From contig CP149973.1 in assembly GCA_029269845.2 (NCBI GenBank), positions 360,001 to 392,000 of the forward strand: DNA of 32,000 nt, read 5' to 3'. Numbering within the stretch: the stretch's first letter is position 1; each line of letters opens with the position of its first letter. The notes under the pieces are model-generated. The model was not told where the DNA came from, searched no databases, and saw only the letters and a list, made by a program, of their open reading frames with translations. Below are positions 1 to 8,231 of the stretch, piece by piece. A program made the translations under genes and the position numbers. This DNA is from Opitutia bacterium KCR 482. GTDB taxonomy: Bacteria; Verrucomicrobiota; Verrucomicrobiia; Opitutales; Intestinicryptomonadaceae.

Positions 1-106
1 TCCGCGCCAAATCGGGGTTTTCCACAGCCCACTTGCGGATTATTTCCGCGCCGACCCCCGACGGGTCGCCGATTGTGATTGCAAGTTTTTTTTCGGAAAA
101 ATCCAT
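1..106 (-). CDS. pdxA: PdxA-family 4-hydroxythreonine-4-phosphate dehydrogenase, N-terminal fragment running off the window
   Basis: Not in the supplied track (no stop in window). The reverse-strand ATG at 106-104 translates to MDFSEKKLAITIGDPSGVGAEIIRKWAVENPDLAR. ITIGDPxGxGxEI matches the N-terminal signature of PdxA-family dehydrogenases. It starts 5 nt after the lpxA stop. Confidence 0.6.
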   Translation of the reverse strand, partial: MDFSEKKLAITIGDPSGVGAEIIRKWAVENPDLAR

Positions 107-111
107 AATTT

Positions 112-906
112 TTACTTCTCCCTGCCCGTGAACGGCGAGAGGTAATGGCGGCCTTCCGCCGCAAAGAAGTTCAGGAAGTTTTCGCCCGCGGGGGTTTTCG
201 CCGCGCCCGATTCAATCAGCGCAAGGGCGTTTTTGCGGGCGGAGGGGTTGGCGTAGACGCCCGCGTAGAGCGACTTCACCTCCGCGATTTCCGCGCGGGG
301 CATTTTGCGGCGCGTCATGCCGATTAGGTTCAGCCCGCTCAGCCTGTTGCGCGAGTGCGCAATCGTGTACGGGGGAATATCCATCGACGACGCCGAGTTT
401 CCGCTTACAATCACGCCGTCGCCTATTCTCACGCGCTGGTGAATCATTACGCCGCCGCTTACGAAAACGTCTTTGCCCACGTGAACGTGCCCCGCGAGGG
501 CGGAGAAGCAGCCCGCGATGTAATTGTCGCCAACAACGCAGTCGTGCCCGACGTGCGACGACGCCATCATGAGGGCGCATTTGCCGATTTTCGTCGCCGA
601 TTCCGCGAAGGTCGCCCTGTGCACCGTCGCGCTTTCGCGTATGACGGAGCCTGCGCCGATTTCGACGTAGGACGGCACGGAGCTGTCGAAATGCAGGTCC
701 TGCGGTTCGCCGCCGACTACCGCAAACGAGCCTATCTTGCAGTTTTCCGCGATTCTCGCCCAGCCGCAGACCCGCGCGTGCGGCTCTATCACGCAGCCGT
801 CGCCTATTTGCGCGCCGCCCTCTATTATTGCGTACGCGCCCACTACGACATTTTCGCCGAGCAGGACGTTTTCTCCCAAAATTGCCGTGGGGTGTATTGT
901 GCTCAT
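112..906 (-). CDS. lpxA: acyl-ACP--UDP-N-acetylglucosamine O-acyltransferase
   Basis: 264-aa ORF. The N-terminal two thirds are hexapeptide repeats (e.g. IGDGCVIEPHARV, HVGHDCVVGDN, RIGDGVIVSGNS). These are followed by the LpxA-type helical C-terminus (NRLSGLNLIGMTRRKMPRAEIAEVKSLY). Confidence 0.9.
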   Translation of the reverse strand: MSTIHPTAILGENVLLGENVVVGAYAIIEGGAQIGDGCVIEPHARVCGWARIAENCKIGSFAVVGGEPQDLHFDSSVPSYVEIGAGSVIRESATVHRATFAESATKIGKCALMMASSHVGHDCVVGDNYIAGCFSALAGHVHVGKDVFVSGGVMIHQRVRIGDGVIVSGNSASSMDIPPYTIAHSRNRLSGLNLIGMTRRKMPRAEIAEVKSLYAGVYANPSARKNALALIESGAAKTPAGENFLNFFAAEGRHYLSPFTGREK

Positions 907-907
907 A

Positions 908-2545
908 TTAGTCCTCGTTTTCCGCCTCTATCAAGAGCTTTCGCCTGTATCCTCTGACGTGCCCGATTTTTATTGTGGCGGTGAAAAGAATGCCGAAAAG
1001 CGTCGAGGCGTACGCCGCCATGAGGCTCGCCGTGACGATGCCCATCGTAAGCAGCACCAGCGAAACCACCGTGCCCGCCAAGCCGATGTACAGGCCGAGG
1101 TCGAAAAGGTTGTCCTCGTTTTCGAGCAGTTTGAGTTTGAGTTTTGCTGGCGCGACCGTCCGCTTGATTGCCGCAAGGCGAATCAGGCTGACGAGATAGA
1201 CTGTGAACTGCATGACAAAAAACAGTCCCACCGCCGCCAATGTTGCCGAATCAGATTCGAATTTCATAGTCTCCTCTCCGATTGTGTTTACTACTTTTTC
1301 AAATGCAAATTTTAATTCGGGCGCGGGCGTATTTTCCGCGCTCTCGATTTTTATTTTGAACGCGTCGGGCTCGAACGCCAAAAATACGAAAAGCGACACC
1401 ATTGCGCCCTCCAAAAGTCCGCGTCCGAGCGCGAGCGTCGAGCGCCACGACGGCGTGTCGCGGCGGCGAGAGAATATCCGCACAGCCCCCCTCACCGCCA
1501 TATATCCGCCTATTATGCTCAGGAAAATTTTTAGCGAAAGCAGCGCAGCTCCGTGCCGCGCCGCAACGCCGCCCAGAAATTCGCGTATCGGCGACAGCGC
1601 GGGCGAGAAAATCTTCGCCGCGTACGAATCGCGGTAAATGGGTTTGTCGGCGGACAGCAGGAATTTCGCCGCGCCCTCGCCGTGCATGTAGGCAAAGGCG
1701 AAGTCGCGCCTGCGGTCGGGGTCGGAAAGATATTTAATGCTGTCGGCAACTCCGCAGCCCGAAATCGCCGCCGCCGCAAGCAGTTTGAAATCGTCGGGAG
1801 AGTCTCCGCAGAGCTTGGCGAAATCGTAGACTTCGCCGATTTCCGAAAACCTCGCGAAAATCGAGCGCAGCAAAACCCAGTCGCACTTTTTCGAAAGCAC
1901 CAAGACGCCGAGGCAGTATTTTTCAAGGCGTTCCTTTTCGGCAGTGTCGGTCTGCGAGGCGTTGAGGGTTGCCGAAAAGCTTTTGAGGAAGTCGGGCGGA
2001 AAGTCCCCCGACTGCGCAAGGAGAGCCGTCGTAAGCAAGGCGGCGTCGAGGGGCGCGCCAGCCGAGCCGAATACGGGCGGCAGCAGCGCGCTCGTCATGC
2101 CGCGCAACGCGAGAATCCTTTTAACGAACTCCGACTGCGTTTCCGAGAGAAACTCCAAGAGTTTCGCCCTGTTTTCGCCGAGCGAAAGTATGCCGTAGAC
2201 CGCCGTGCCCCCGCCGTATTTCGACGCGTCTATTGTCGAAAGGAACGCCGAAAAATACGGAGCGTCGCCGCCGGCAATGCGCCACGACGGGTGCTTTTTG
2301 TATGCCTCCGAAACGTCTTTCGAAATCGCGTCTCCCTCCGCCGCGGCGTCCGCCAAAACAACCGCCGCCGAGATTTTCGACGAATCGAGGTACAGCCGCG
2401 CCAAATCGACGGGCGTCGGCGTTCCCTTTCCCGCCGCGACCACTGCGGACTTGTCAACCGAAGTGAAGTACGCGGGTATGCCCGCCGCCGCGGACAAGAC
2501 CGCGAGCCCGACAAGGAGTCTCATGAAGTTGGCGAATATCCGCAT
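908..2545 (-). CDS. multi-pass membrane protein with a large N-terminal domain and a C-terminal TolQ/ExbB/MotA-like channel core
   Basis: The track ORF 908..2572 begins with TTG. I prefer the ATG at 2545, which has GGGGGA 8 nt upstream (MRIFANFMRLLVGLAVLSAAAG = signal/anchor). About five further TM helices lie in the last ~200 aa. The C-terminus YIGLAGTVVSL...AAYASTLFGIL resembles the TolQ TM2/TM3 core. The stop at 908-910 lies 1 nt from the lpxA ATG. Confidence 0.7.
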   Translation of the reverse strand: MRIFANFMRLLVGLAVLSAAAGIPAYFTSVDKSAVVAAGKGTPTPVDLARLYLDSSKISAAVVLADAAAEGDAISKDVSEAYKKHPSWRIAGGDAPYFSAFLSTIDASKYGGGTAVYGILSLGENRAKLLEFLSETQSEFVKRILALRGMTSALLPPVFGSAGAPLDAALLTTALLAQSGDFPPDFLKSFSATLNASQTDTAEKERLEKYCLGVLVLSKKCDWVLLRSIFARFSEIGEVYDFAKLCGDSPDDFKLLAAAAISGCGVADSIKYLSDPDRRRDFAFAYMHGEGAAKFLLSADKPIYRDSYAAKIFSPALSPIREFLGGVAARHGAALLSLKIFLSIIGGYMAVRGAVRIFSRRRDTPSWRSTLALGRGLLEGAMVSLFVFLAFEPDAFKIKIESAENTPAPELKFAFEKVVNTIGEETMKFESDSATLAAVGLFFVMQFTVYLVSLIRLAAIKRTVAPAKLKLKLLENEDNLFDLGLYIGLAGTVVSLVLLTMGIVTASLMAAYASTLFGILFTATIKIGHVRGYRRKLLIEAENED

Positions 2546-2579
2546 ATAAAAATTCCCCCGCAATATTTGCAATACCGCC

Positions 2580-2609
2580 GATTTAGGCGTCGGACGCCCG
2601 CGAAGTCAA
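2580..2609 (-). promoter_or_regulatory. candidate sigma70-type promoter for the 908..2545 gene
   Basis: The minus strand reads TTGACT (2609-2604), a 17-nt spacer, then CTAAAT (2586-2581). This sits ~35 nt upstream of the ATG at 2545 and between the MFS stop and that start. Motif match only. Confidence 0.3.
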
Positions 2610-2622
2610 GTATATTCCCGAC

Positions 2623-3993
2623 TCAGGTATGCTTGCTGTTGGACGACTGCAACGCGTTCGCGATTTCGGGCATGACAATCCCCTTCTTTGCGTAGATTGC
2701 CCGCACGCACGAGCGTATTTGCGGTCGGAAGTACTCGAACACGAGCCCGCCCGCAATGCACAGCACGCCGCTTGCGAACACCACGGCCGACATCGGCATC
2801 TGCTTCGCAAGCCAGCCCTGAACAAGGCTTCCGACGGGCGGCACTCCGAAAAACACCATCGAATATATGCTCATTATGCGCCCGCGCTTTTCCTCGTCCA
2901 CAAGAGCCTGCAACATTGTGTTGCTCGACGCGGCTATTGAAATCATCGAAAAGCCTATGCAAAAGCAGAGCGCGCACACCACGGGAACTATCCGCACAAA
3001 CGAAACCAAAATCAGCGACGTCCCGAAAAGTAGGCTCGCGACAATCACGACGCGCCCAAGCCCGTAGACGCTCTTTCGCGCCGCCAAGTAGAGAGCCGCG
3101 CATAAAGTCCCCGCGCCGATGAAGCTCATGAGAGTGCCGAGAAGTTCGCTGTTGCCGCCAAGCTCTCCCTTTGCGAAGGCGGGCAGAAGCAGCTGGAACG
3201 GATAGCCGCAAAAGCACACAACCCCCAAGAGCAACACAAGCGCGCGAATCGGGAATGTCCCTATCGCGTATTCCATGCCCTCGCGGACGTCGGCGAGGGC
3301 GCGCTTCGCCGAAAACGTCGATTTCACATGCGGGGTTTTGATAATCAGGAGCGAAAACAGAATCGCCAAATACGACAGCGAATTTACCAGAAAGCAGACG
3401 CCCTCCCCGACCGCCGCGACCATCACGCCGCCGATTGCCGGCCCCAAAAAGCGCATTCCGTTTATGACCGCCGAATTCATGGCAATCGCGTTGCTTAAAT
3501 CCTCCTTGGGCACGAGAAAAACGTAGAACGACTGCCTTGCGGGCGCGTCGAAGCTAATCACGACGCCCTGAAACAGGCACAGCGCGAAAATCATCGGCAT
3601 CGTGATTACGCCCGTGAGCGTCAGCACCGCGAGCGTCGCGCTGTGGAGCATCATCGCCGCCTGCGTGGAGAAGATAATCCAACGTCTGTCGAACCTGTCG
3701 CTCACCACTCCCGTAAAGGGCGTCAGGAACAGCGTCGGAATCTGCGACAAAAACACCGCAAGCGACAGCATGAAAACCGAATGCGTCATGGAAAACACGA
3801 GCCAGCCCATCGCCAGCTGCTGAATCCACGAGCCGTTCATCGACACGCCCAAGCCCAGAAAATATATCAGAAATTTCCTGTGCCTTAGCGATTTGAACAC
3901 GCCCAAAACCGCCTTCGGATTCGCGGGCACGAGAACCCCCAAATGAAGCCAGTCGAACAGTCGCGTCGTTTTTTTGAATTTCGTTTCCGGCAT
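2623..3993 (-). CDS. MFS transporter (MFS_3 / EntS-like type)
   Basis: 456 aa, hydrophobic throughout with ~12 predicted TM helices. The N-terminal LRHRKFLIYFLGLGVSMNGSWIQQLAMGWLVF pattern is typical of the MFS_3 subfamily. ATG at 3993. Confidence 0.85.
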   Translation of the reverse strand: MPETKFKKTTRLFDWLHLGVLVPANPKAVLGVFKSLRHRKFLIYFLGLGVSMNGSWIQQLAMGWLVFSMTHSVFMLSLAVFLSQIPTLFLTPFTGVVSDRFDRRWIIFSTQAAMMLHSATLAVLTLTGVITMPMIFALCLFQGVVISFDAPARQSFYVFLVPKEDLSNAIAMNSAVINGMRFLGPAIGGVMVAAVGEGVCFLVNSLSYLAILFSLLIIKTPHVKSTFSAKRALADVREGMEYAIGTFPIRALVLLLGVVCFCGYPFQLLLPAFAKGELGGNSELLGTLMSFIGAGTLCAALYLAARKSVYGLGRVVIVASLLFGTSLILVSFVRIVPVVCALCFCIGFSMISIAASSNTMLQALVDEEKRGRIMSIYSMVFFGVPPVGSLVQGWLAKQMPMSAVVFASGVLCIAGGLVFEYFRPQIRSCVRAIYAKKGIVMPEIANALQSSNSKHT

Positions 3994-4042
3994 TTATATT
4001 TGTTAACGGAAAATTCCGCCGTGACGAAACGCAATGCACGCC

Positions 4043-4813
4043 CTATTTTTGCGGATTGAGGGTTTTCAGAACCGCCGCGTGCATCTCGGCGTTGCATGTG
4101 GCGACAAGCCCGTTCGGACCGATGTTTCCGCCGCCGTTCCAGTCGGAATACACCGCGCCGCAGCCGCGCAGGGCGGGCAGGATTGCGGTCAAGTCCCAGA
4201 CTTCGAGAATGGGGTCGCACATGGCGTGGGCAAGCCCGCGGCAGAGGAGCATGTATCCGTAGCAGTCGCCCCAAGTGCGCGAGATTGCGGCCTCGCGTTC
4301 GAGAGCCTCCCAGCCCTCCGCCGAGTGCAGCCAGCGGCATTCGCGCGAGTCCGACGTAAGCAGGGTTATCCCCTTTGTGTCGGTCTTTTTGGAGGGCGCG
4401 GTTTGGACTCCGTTGAAAAGGCATGTTTTGCAGTCGCCCACGATTCTCTCCTTCAAAATCGGCTGGTTGACAACCCCAAGCACCGGCTCGCCCTGAAACC
4501 TAAGCCCGATGAGCGTCCCGAAAAGCGGCACGCCCGAAATGAAGGATTTTGTGCCGTCGATTGGGTCAATCACCCACTGGAATTCCGCTTCGGCGTTCTC
4601 GTTGCCGTACTCCTCGCCGATTATTCCGTGCGAGGGAAATTTTTTCTGGATTGCCTCGCGAATCATTATTTCGGTGTTTTTATCGACCTCCGTCACGGGG
4701 GAGTCGTCCTTTTTCAAATCGACGTGGATTTTGCGCCCGAAATTCTTTGCTATGTATTCTCCGCTTTTGTCGGCGAGTTCGTTAATAAAAATCTTGAAAC
4801 TTTCCGTATCCAT
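4043..4813 (-). CDS. inositol monophosphatase-family phosphatase, HisN-like (possible histidinol-phosphatase)
   Basis: The recognisable protein starts at MDTESFK (ATG 4813), not at the track start 5350. Motifs: GEEYG, WVIDPIDGTKSF, and WGDCYGYMLLCRGLAHAMCDPILEVWDLTA, which resembles the HisN branch rather than SuhB. 256 aa. Confidence 0.8.
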   Translation of the reverse strand: MDTESFKIFINELADKSGEYIAKNFGRKIHVDLKKDDSPVTEVDKNTEIMIREAIQKKFPSHGIIGEEYGNENAEAEFQWVIDPIDGTKSFISGVPLFGTLIGLRFQGEPVLGVVNQPILKERIVGDCKTCLFNGVQTAPSKKTDTKGITLLTSDSRECRWLHSAEGWEALEREAAISRTWGDCYGYMLLCRGLAHAMCDPILEVWDLTAILPALRGCGAVYSDWNGGGNIGPNGLVATCNAEMHAAVLKTLNPQK

Positions 4814-4850
4814 GCCCCTAATGTTCGCAAACAGTGCACATTTTCGCAAG

Positions 4851-5498
4851 ATGAAAAACATAAATATTCCGATATTGGCAATCGACTTCGAGGGTTCGCG
4901 CAGAATCGGGGTCGTTGAATACGGCGTTGCGAAAATCGAAAACGGCGCGGTCTCGGAACTGCGCACGGGCATTTGCGCCCCGAAGACGAAAATCCCCCAG
5001 CGCGACGCCGAATTTTTCGGCATCGACAACGAAGAGGCGTTCAAACACCCGCCGTTTTCGGAGAGTGTCGCGGAGTTTTGCGAAATGCGCAAGACGGGAA
5101 TTTTCGCCGCGCACAACGCGTCGGTCGAAGACGGGCTTCTGCGCGACGCCGCCCCCGCGCCGGCAATCGTGCCCGACTTCGCGTTCGGAGGAATGCGCGC
5201 GTCGTGGTCGCCGTGGATAGACTCCTGCGCGCTGCTTAAAAAGATTTTCCCCACCCTCGACTCCGCAAAGCTTTCCTCGGCGATAGACGCATTCGGGCTG
5301 AAAGGAGAGCTTGACGCCCTCGCCGAAAAATTCTGCCCTCCCTCCCGCAAAAAATGGCACTGCGCCCCCTACGACGCCCTCGCCTGCGCCCTGCTCATAA
5401 TAGGGCTTTGCAGAATGGACGGCTTCGAAAACGCGACGGTAGAATGGCTGGCGAAGCACTCCGCCGCCCCGCGCGACACAACCGCAAGTCTTTTCTGA
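4851..5498 (+). CDS. DEDDh-type 3'-5' exonuclease (DnaQ/RNase T superfamily)
   Basis: Exo I is LAIDFEG, Exo II is AAHNASVEDGLL and Exo III is HCAPYDALACA (H-x4-D). I take the start at ATG 4851 (MKNINIPILAIDFEG). An in-frame ATG at 4821 is an alternative. The upstream part of the track ORF (4509-4850) is antisense to the IMPase gene. Confidence 0.8.
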   Translation: MKNINIPILAIDFEGSRRIGVVEYGVAKIENGAVSELRTGICAPKTKIPQRDAEFFGIDNEEAFKHPPFSESVAEFCEMRKTGIFAAHNASVEDGLLRDAAPAPAIVPDFAFGGMRASWSPWIDSCALLKKIFPTLDSAKLSSAIDAFGLKGELDALAEKFCPPSRKKWHCAPYDALACALLIIGLCRMDGFENATVEWLAKHSAAPRDTTASLF

Positions 5499-5499
5499 A

Positions 5500-5934
5500 A
5501 TGGCGAAAAATTCAAAGCTGAGATTTCTAAACGCAATGCTCGCCGCAGGCTCGCCGTTTGCAAACGACATCTGCGCCGGCGCCGCCTGCGGCATCGACAT
5601 GGCGATCGCGCGGGGCGAGGCCGACATACCCCTCGAAACTTTCGCAAAAAGAATCCTCAGGCTCTACGACCCCGACGCGCATGTCGAGGTGCTCGACTTC
5701 GAAAACTCGCACTTCGACCCGCTCTTTGCCGTAGCCGCCGTGGCCGACGCCGCCAAGCGACTTTCGGGCTATCGGCGCGGGATTCTCGTTGTGTCGTCGC
5801 TCGAACGCGCGGGAGTGCCGTCGAAGGGCAAAATGACGCCCGCGCGGAAGTCGGCTTTTGCCGAAAACATGGAGACCGTCGAAAACTATCTCATGCGCTA
5901 CGAGCTGCCGAATGTCGAAATTATTTTCGTCTGA
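5500..5934 (+). CDS. hypothetical protein, 144 aa, no recognisable motif
   Basis: The ATG at 5500 lies 1 nt after the exonuclease stop (TGA A ATG). Codon usage looks like the neighbouring genes (GCC/GCG, TTC, AAA, GAA). The predicted alternation of beta-like (GILVVSS, VEIIFV) and helix-like segments suggests a small alpha/beta fold. Confidence 0.5.
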   Translation: MAKNSKLRFLNAMLAAGSPFANDICAGAACGIDMAIARGEADIPLETFAKRILRLYDPDAHVEVLDFENSHFDPLFAVAAVADAAKRLSGYRRGILVVSSLERAGVPSKGKMTPARKSAFAENMETVENYLMRYELPNVEIIFV

Positions 5935-5983
5935 CGGAAAATTCCGTTTGCATTGTCGGCGGCGGGGGTCTATCTTTTGCCGC

Positions 5984-6322
5984 ATGAAAACCCTATTCGA
6001 AAAAATCATAGACGGCGAGATTCCCGCGAAATTCGTTTACCGCGACGACGTGTGCGCGGCGATAAACGACATCAACCCGCAGGCTCCCGTCCACGTTCTT
6101 CTGTTTCCGGCAAAGCCGATTGAAAGGCTCGCAAAGGCGGAGGAATCCGACGCGCCGATTCTCGCGCACCTCATGCTCAAAGTACCCGAAATCGCAAAAA
6201 AATGCGGGCTTGACGACGGATTCAGAGTGGTTATCAACAACGGGCTTTTGGCGGGCGAAACCGTCCCGCACCTGCACATTCACATTTTGGGCGGACGCCC
6301 CCTCCACTGGCCGCCCTGCTGA
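5984..6322 (+). CDS. HIT-family nucleotide hydrolase (HinT-like)
   Basis: 112 aa from ATG 5984 (MKTLFEKIIDGEIPAKFVYRDD). It carries the histidine triad HLHIHILGG near the C-terminus. The track ORF start at 5858 overlaps the upstream gene and is not needed. Confidence 0.9.
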   Translation: MKTLFEKIIDGEIPAKFVYRDDVCAAINDINPQAPVHVLLFPAKPIERLAKAEESDAPILAHLMLKVPEIAKKCGLDDGFRVVINNGLLAGETVPHLHIHILGGRPLHWPPC

Positions 6323-6391
6323 GCCGTTCCCGCGGCGGGCAACGCCGCGCAGCTTCGCCCCCGCAATACGTAATTCCGTTTTGCGGGGCGC

Positions 6392-6426
6392 AAAAAAAAG
6401 GACAACCTTTCGGTTGTCCTTTTTTT
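6392..6426. terminator. bidirectional rho-independent terminator shared by the HIT gene and pckG
   Basis: Perfect 8-bp stem GGACAACC (6400-6407) / GGTTGTCC (6412-6419) with loop TTTC. It is flanked by A8 (6392-6399) and T7 (6420-6426) and sits between convergent genes. Confidence 0.8.
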
Positions 6427-6440
6427 GATATTCCCCGATA

Positions 6441-8231
6441 TTAGGAGAGTCTTTCGAGCAGCGCTTCGCGTTCGACTTTGAGCGAGTGCGGGAGCAGTTC
6501 GAAGAGCTCTTCGGAGAGCGGCTGGGCCGAAACCGTGGCGGGGTCGTAGGTCATCAGCTCCTTGAACGTGTCCTTCGAGTATTCCATGCCGTCCCAGTCG
6601 AGGTCGTCGTATTCGGGAACGAAGCCGATAGCCGTTTCCTTTGCCTTCGCTTCGCCGTTCTGGCGGTTGACAATCCACGCGAGGACGCGGGCGTTTGCGC
6701 CGAATCCGGGCCACATGAAGTTGCCTTCCGCGTCGCGGCGGAACCAGTTGACGTGGTAGAAGCGCGGGGTCTTTTCGAGGTTCTTGCCCATCTTGACGAG
6801 GTGGCCGAGGTAGTTTGCCATGTTGTAGCCCGCAAAGGGGAGCATAGCCATCGGGTCGGAACGGAGTTCGCCCTGTTTGCCTTCTGCGGCAGCCGTGCGT
6901 TCGGAGCCCATCATTGCGCCGAGGTATACGCCGTGCGTCCAGTTGAAGGATTCGAATACCAGCGGAATGCCCTTCGGGCGGCGTCCGCCGATGACGATTG
7001 CCGAAATCGGAACGCCTTCAAGCTTGTCTGCGTTTTCGTCGAGGCAGGGGCAGTTGGCGATGGGAGCCGCAAAACGGCTGTTCGGGTGCGCCGCGGGAGT
7101 GCCGCTTTCGGGCGTCCAGTCGTTTCCGTGCCAGTCGATGAGGTGCGCCGGAGGTTCTTTTGTCATGCCTTCCCACCAAACGTCGCCGTCGTCCGTGAGG
7201 GCTACGTTCGTGAAGATTGTGTTCTTCGAGCACGAGAGCATCGCGTTCGGGTTCGTCTTCATGCTGGTGCCCGGAGCAACGCCGAAGAAGCCGTTTTCGG
7301 GGTTGATGGCATAAAGCTTGCCGTCGGGGCCGGGTTTAATCCAGGCGATGTCGTCGCCGACGCAGGTAATTTGCCAGCCCTTTTTCTGCAAGGCTTCGGG
7401 AGCGATGAGCATTGCGAAGTTCGTCTTGCCGCAAGCCGACGGGAACGCGCCCGTTACATAGCTCTTGCGACCCTTCGGGTCTTTCACGCCGAGAATGAGC
7501 ATGTGTTCAGCCATCCAGCCTTCGTCGCGACCCATTACCGAAGCGATACGGAGCGAGAAGCACTTTTTGCCGAGCAGCGCGTTGCCGCCGTATCCCGAAC
7601 CGATGCTGATGATTTCGCGCGTTTCGGGGAAGTGTGTAATGTATGTGCTTTCGGGGTTGCACGGCCAAATAACGTCGTCTTCGGGCGAGTTAATGGGTTT
7701 GCCAACCGAGTGTACGCAGGGAATGAATCTGCCGTCCGCGCCGAGAACGTCGAGAACTTTGGGCGAAACGCGCGCCATGATGCGCATGCTGACCACAACG
7801 TAGGGCGAGTCGGTAATTTCGACGCCGATCTGCGAGATGGGTCCGCCGATGGGACCCATGCTGAACGGGATAACGTACATCGTACGGCCCTTCATGCAGC
7901 CCTTGAAAAGTTCGTTGAGTTTTTCCTTCATTTCGACGGGGTCCATCCAGTTGTTGGTCGGGCCTGCGTCCGCTTTCGTCTTCGAGCAGATGAAGGTGCG
8001 CGCTTCTACGCGCGCAACGTCGCGCGGGTCGGAGCGGAAGTAGTAGCAACCGGGGCGTTTTTCCTGGTTGAGCTTTGTGCACGCGCCCTTGGCAATCATC
8101 TGATTGAAGAGCTCGTCTGCTTCAGCCTGCGAACCGTCGCACCACTGCACCTTGTCGGGAGTCGTATGGGCTGCCCATTTTTCAACCCAAGCGACGAGAG
8201 CTTTGTTTTTTACTGTTTTCGGATCTATCAT
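6441..8231 (-). CDS. pckG: phosphoenolpyruvate carboxykinase (GTP)
   Basis: 596 aa. GTP-PEPCK signatures are present: GPTNNWM, the kinase P-loop [15 protein letters not shown], and [16 protein letters not shown] lies ~10 nt upstream of the ATG at 8231. Confidence 0.95.
   Translation of the reverse strand: MIDPKTVKNKALVAWVEKWAAHTTPDKVQWCDGSQAEADELFNQMIAKGACTKLNQEKRPGCYYFRSDPRDVARVEARTFICSKTKADAGPTNNWMDPVEMKEKLNELFKGCMKGRTMYVIPFSMGPIGGPISQIGVEITDSPYVVVSMRIMARVSPKVLDVLGADGRFIPCVHSVGKPINSPEDDVIWPCNPESTYITHFPETREIISIGSGYGGNALLGKKCFSLRIASVMGRDEGWMAEHMLILGVKDPKGRKSYVTGAFPSACGKTNFAMLIAPEALQKKGWQITCVGDDIAWIKPGPDGKLYAINPENGFFGVAPGTSMKTNPNAMLSCSKNTIFTNVALTDDGDVWWEGMTKEPPAHLIDWHGNDWTPESGTPAAHPNSRFAAPIANCPCLDENADKLEGVPISAIVIGGRRPKGIPLVFESFNWTHGVYLGAMMGSERTAAAEGKQGELRSDPMAMLPFAGYNMANYLGHLVKMGKNLEKTPRFYHVNWFRRDAEGNFMWPGFGANARVLAWIVNRQNGEAKAKETAIGFVPEYDDLDWDGMEYSKDTFKELMTYDPATVSAQPLSEELFELLPHSLKVEREALLERLS

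Noticed and set aside
4006-4018. Identical 13-mer ACGGAAAATTCCG (inverted repeat CGGAA-NN-TTCCG) in two intergenic spots, 4006-4018 and 5934-5946
   Set aside because: By rough estimate, several exact 13-mer coincidences are expected by chance in 32 kb counting both strands. Only two copies exist, and their contexts differ (upstream of the MFS gene versus between the 144-aa ORF and HIT). It is worth a genome-wide motif count but is not evidence by itself.
4814-5350. N-terminal extensions of track ORFs: IMPase ORF to 5350, mrdA ORF to 22087, HIT ORF from 5858, exonuclease ORF from 4509
   Set aside because: The extensions overlap neighbouring genes on the same or opposite strand and add no homologous sequence. 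Family-typical N-termini begin at the internal ATGs 4813, 21454, 5984 and 4851.
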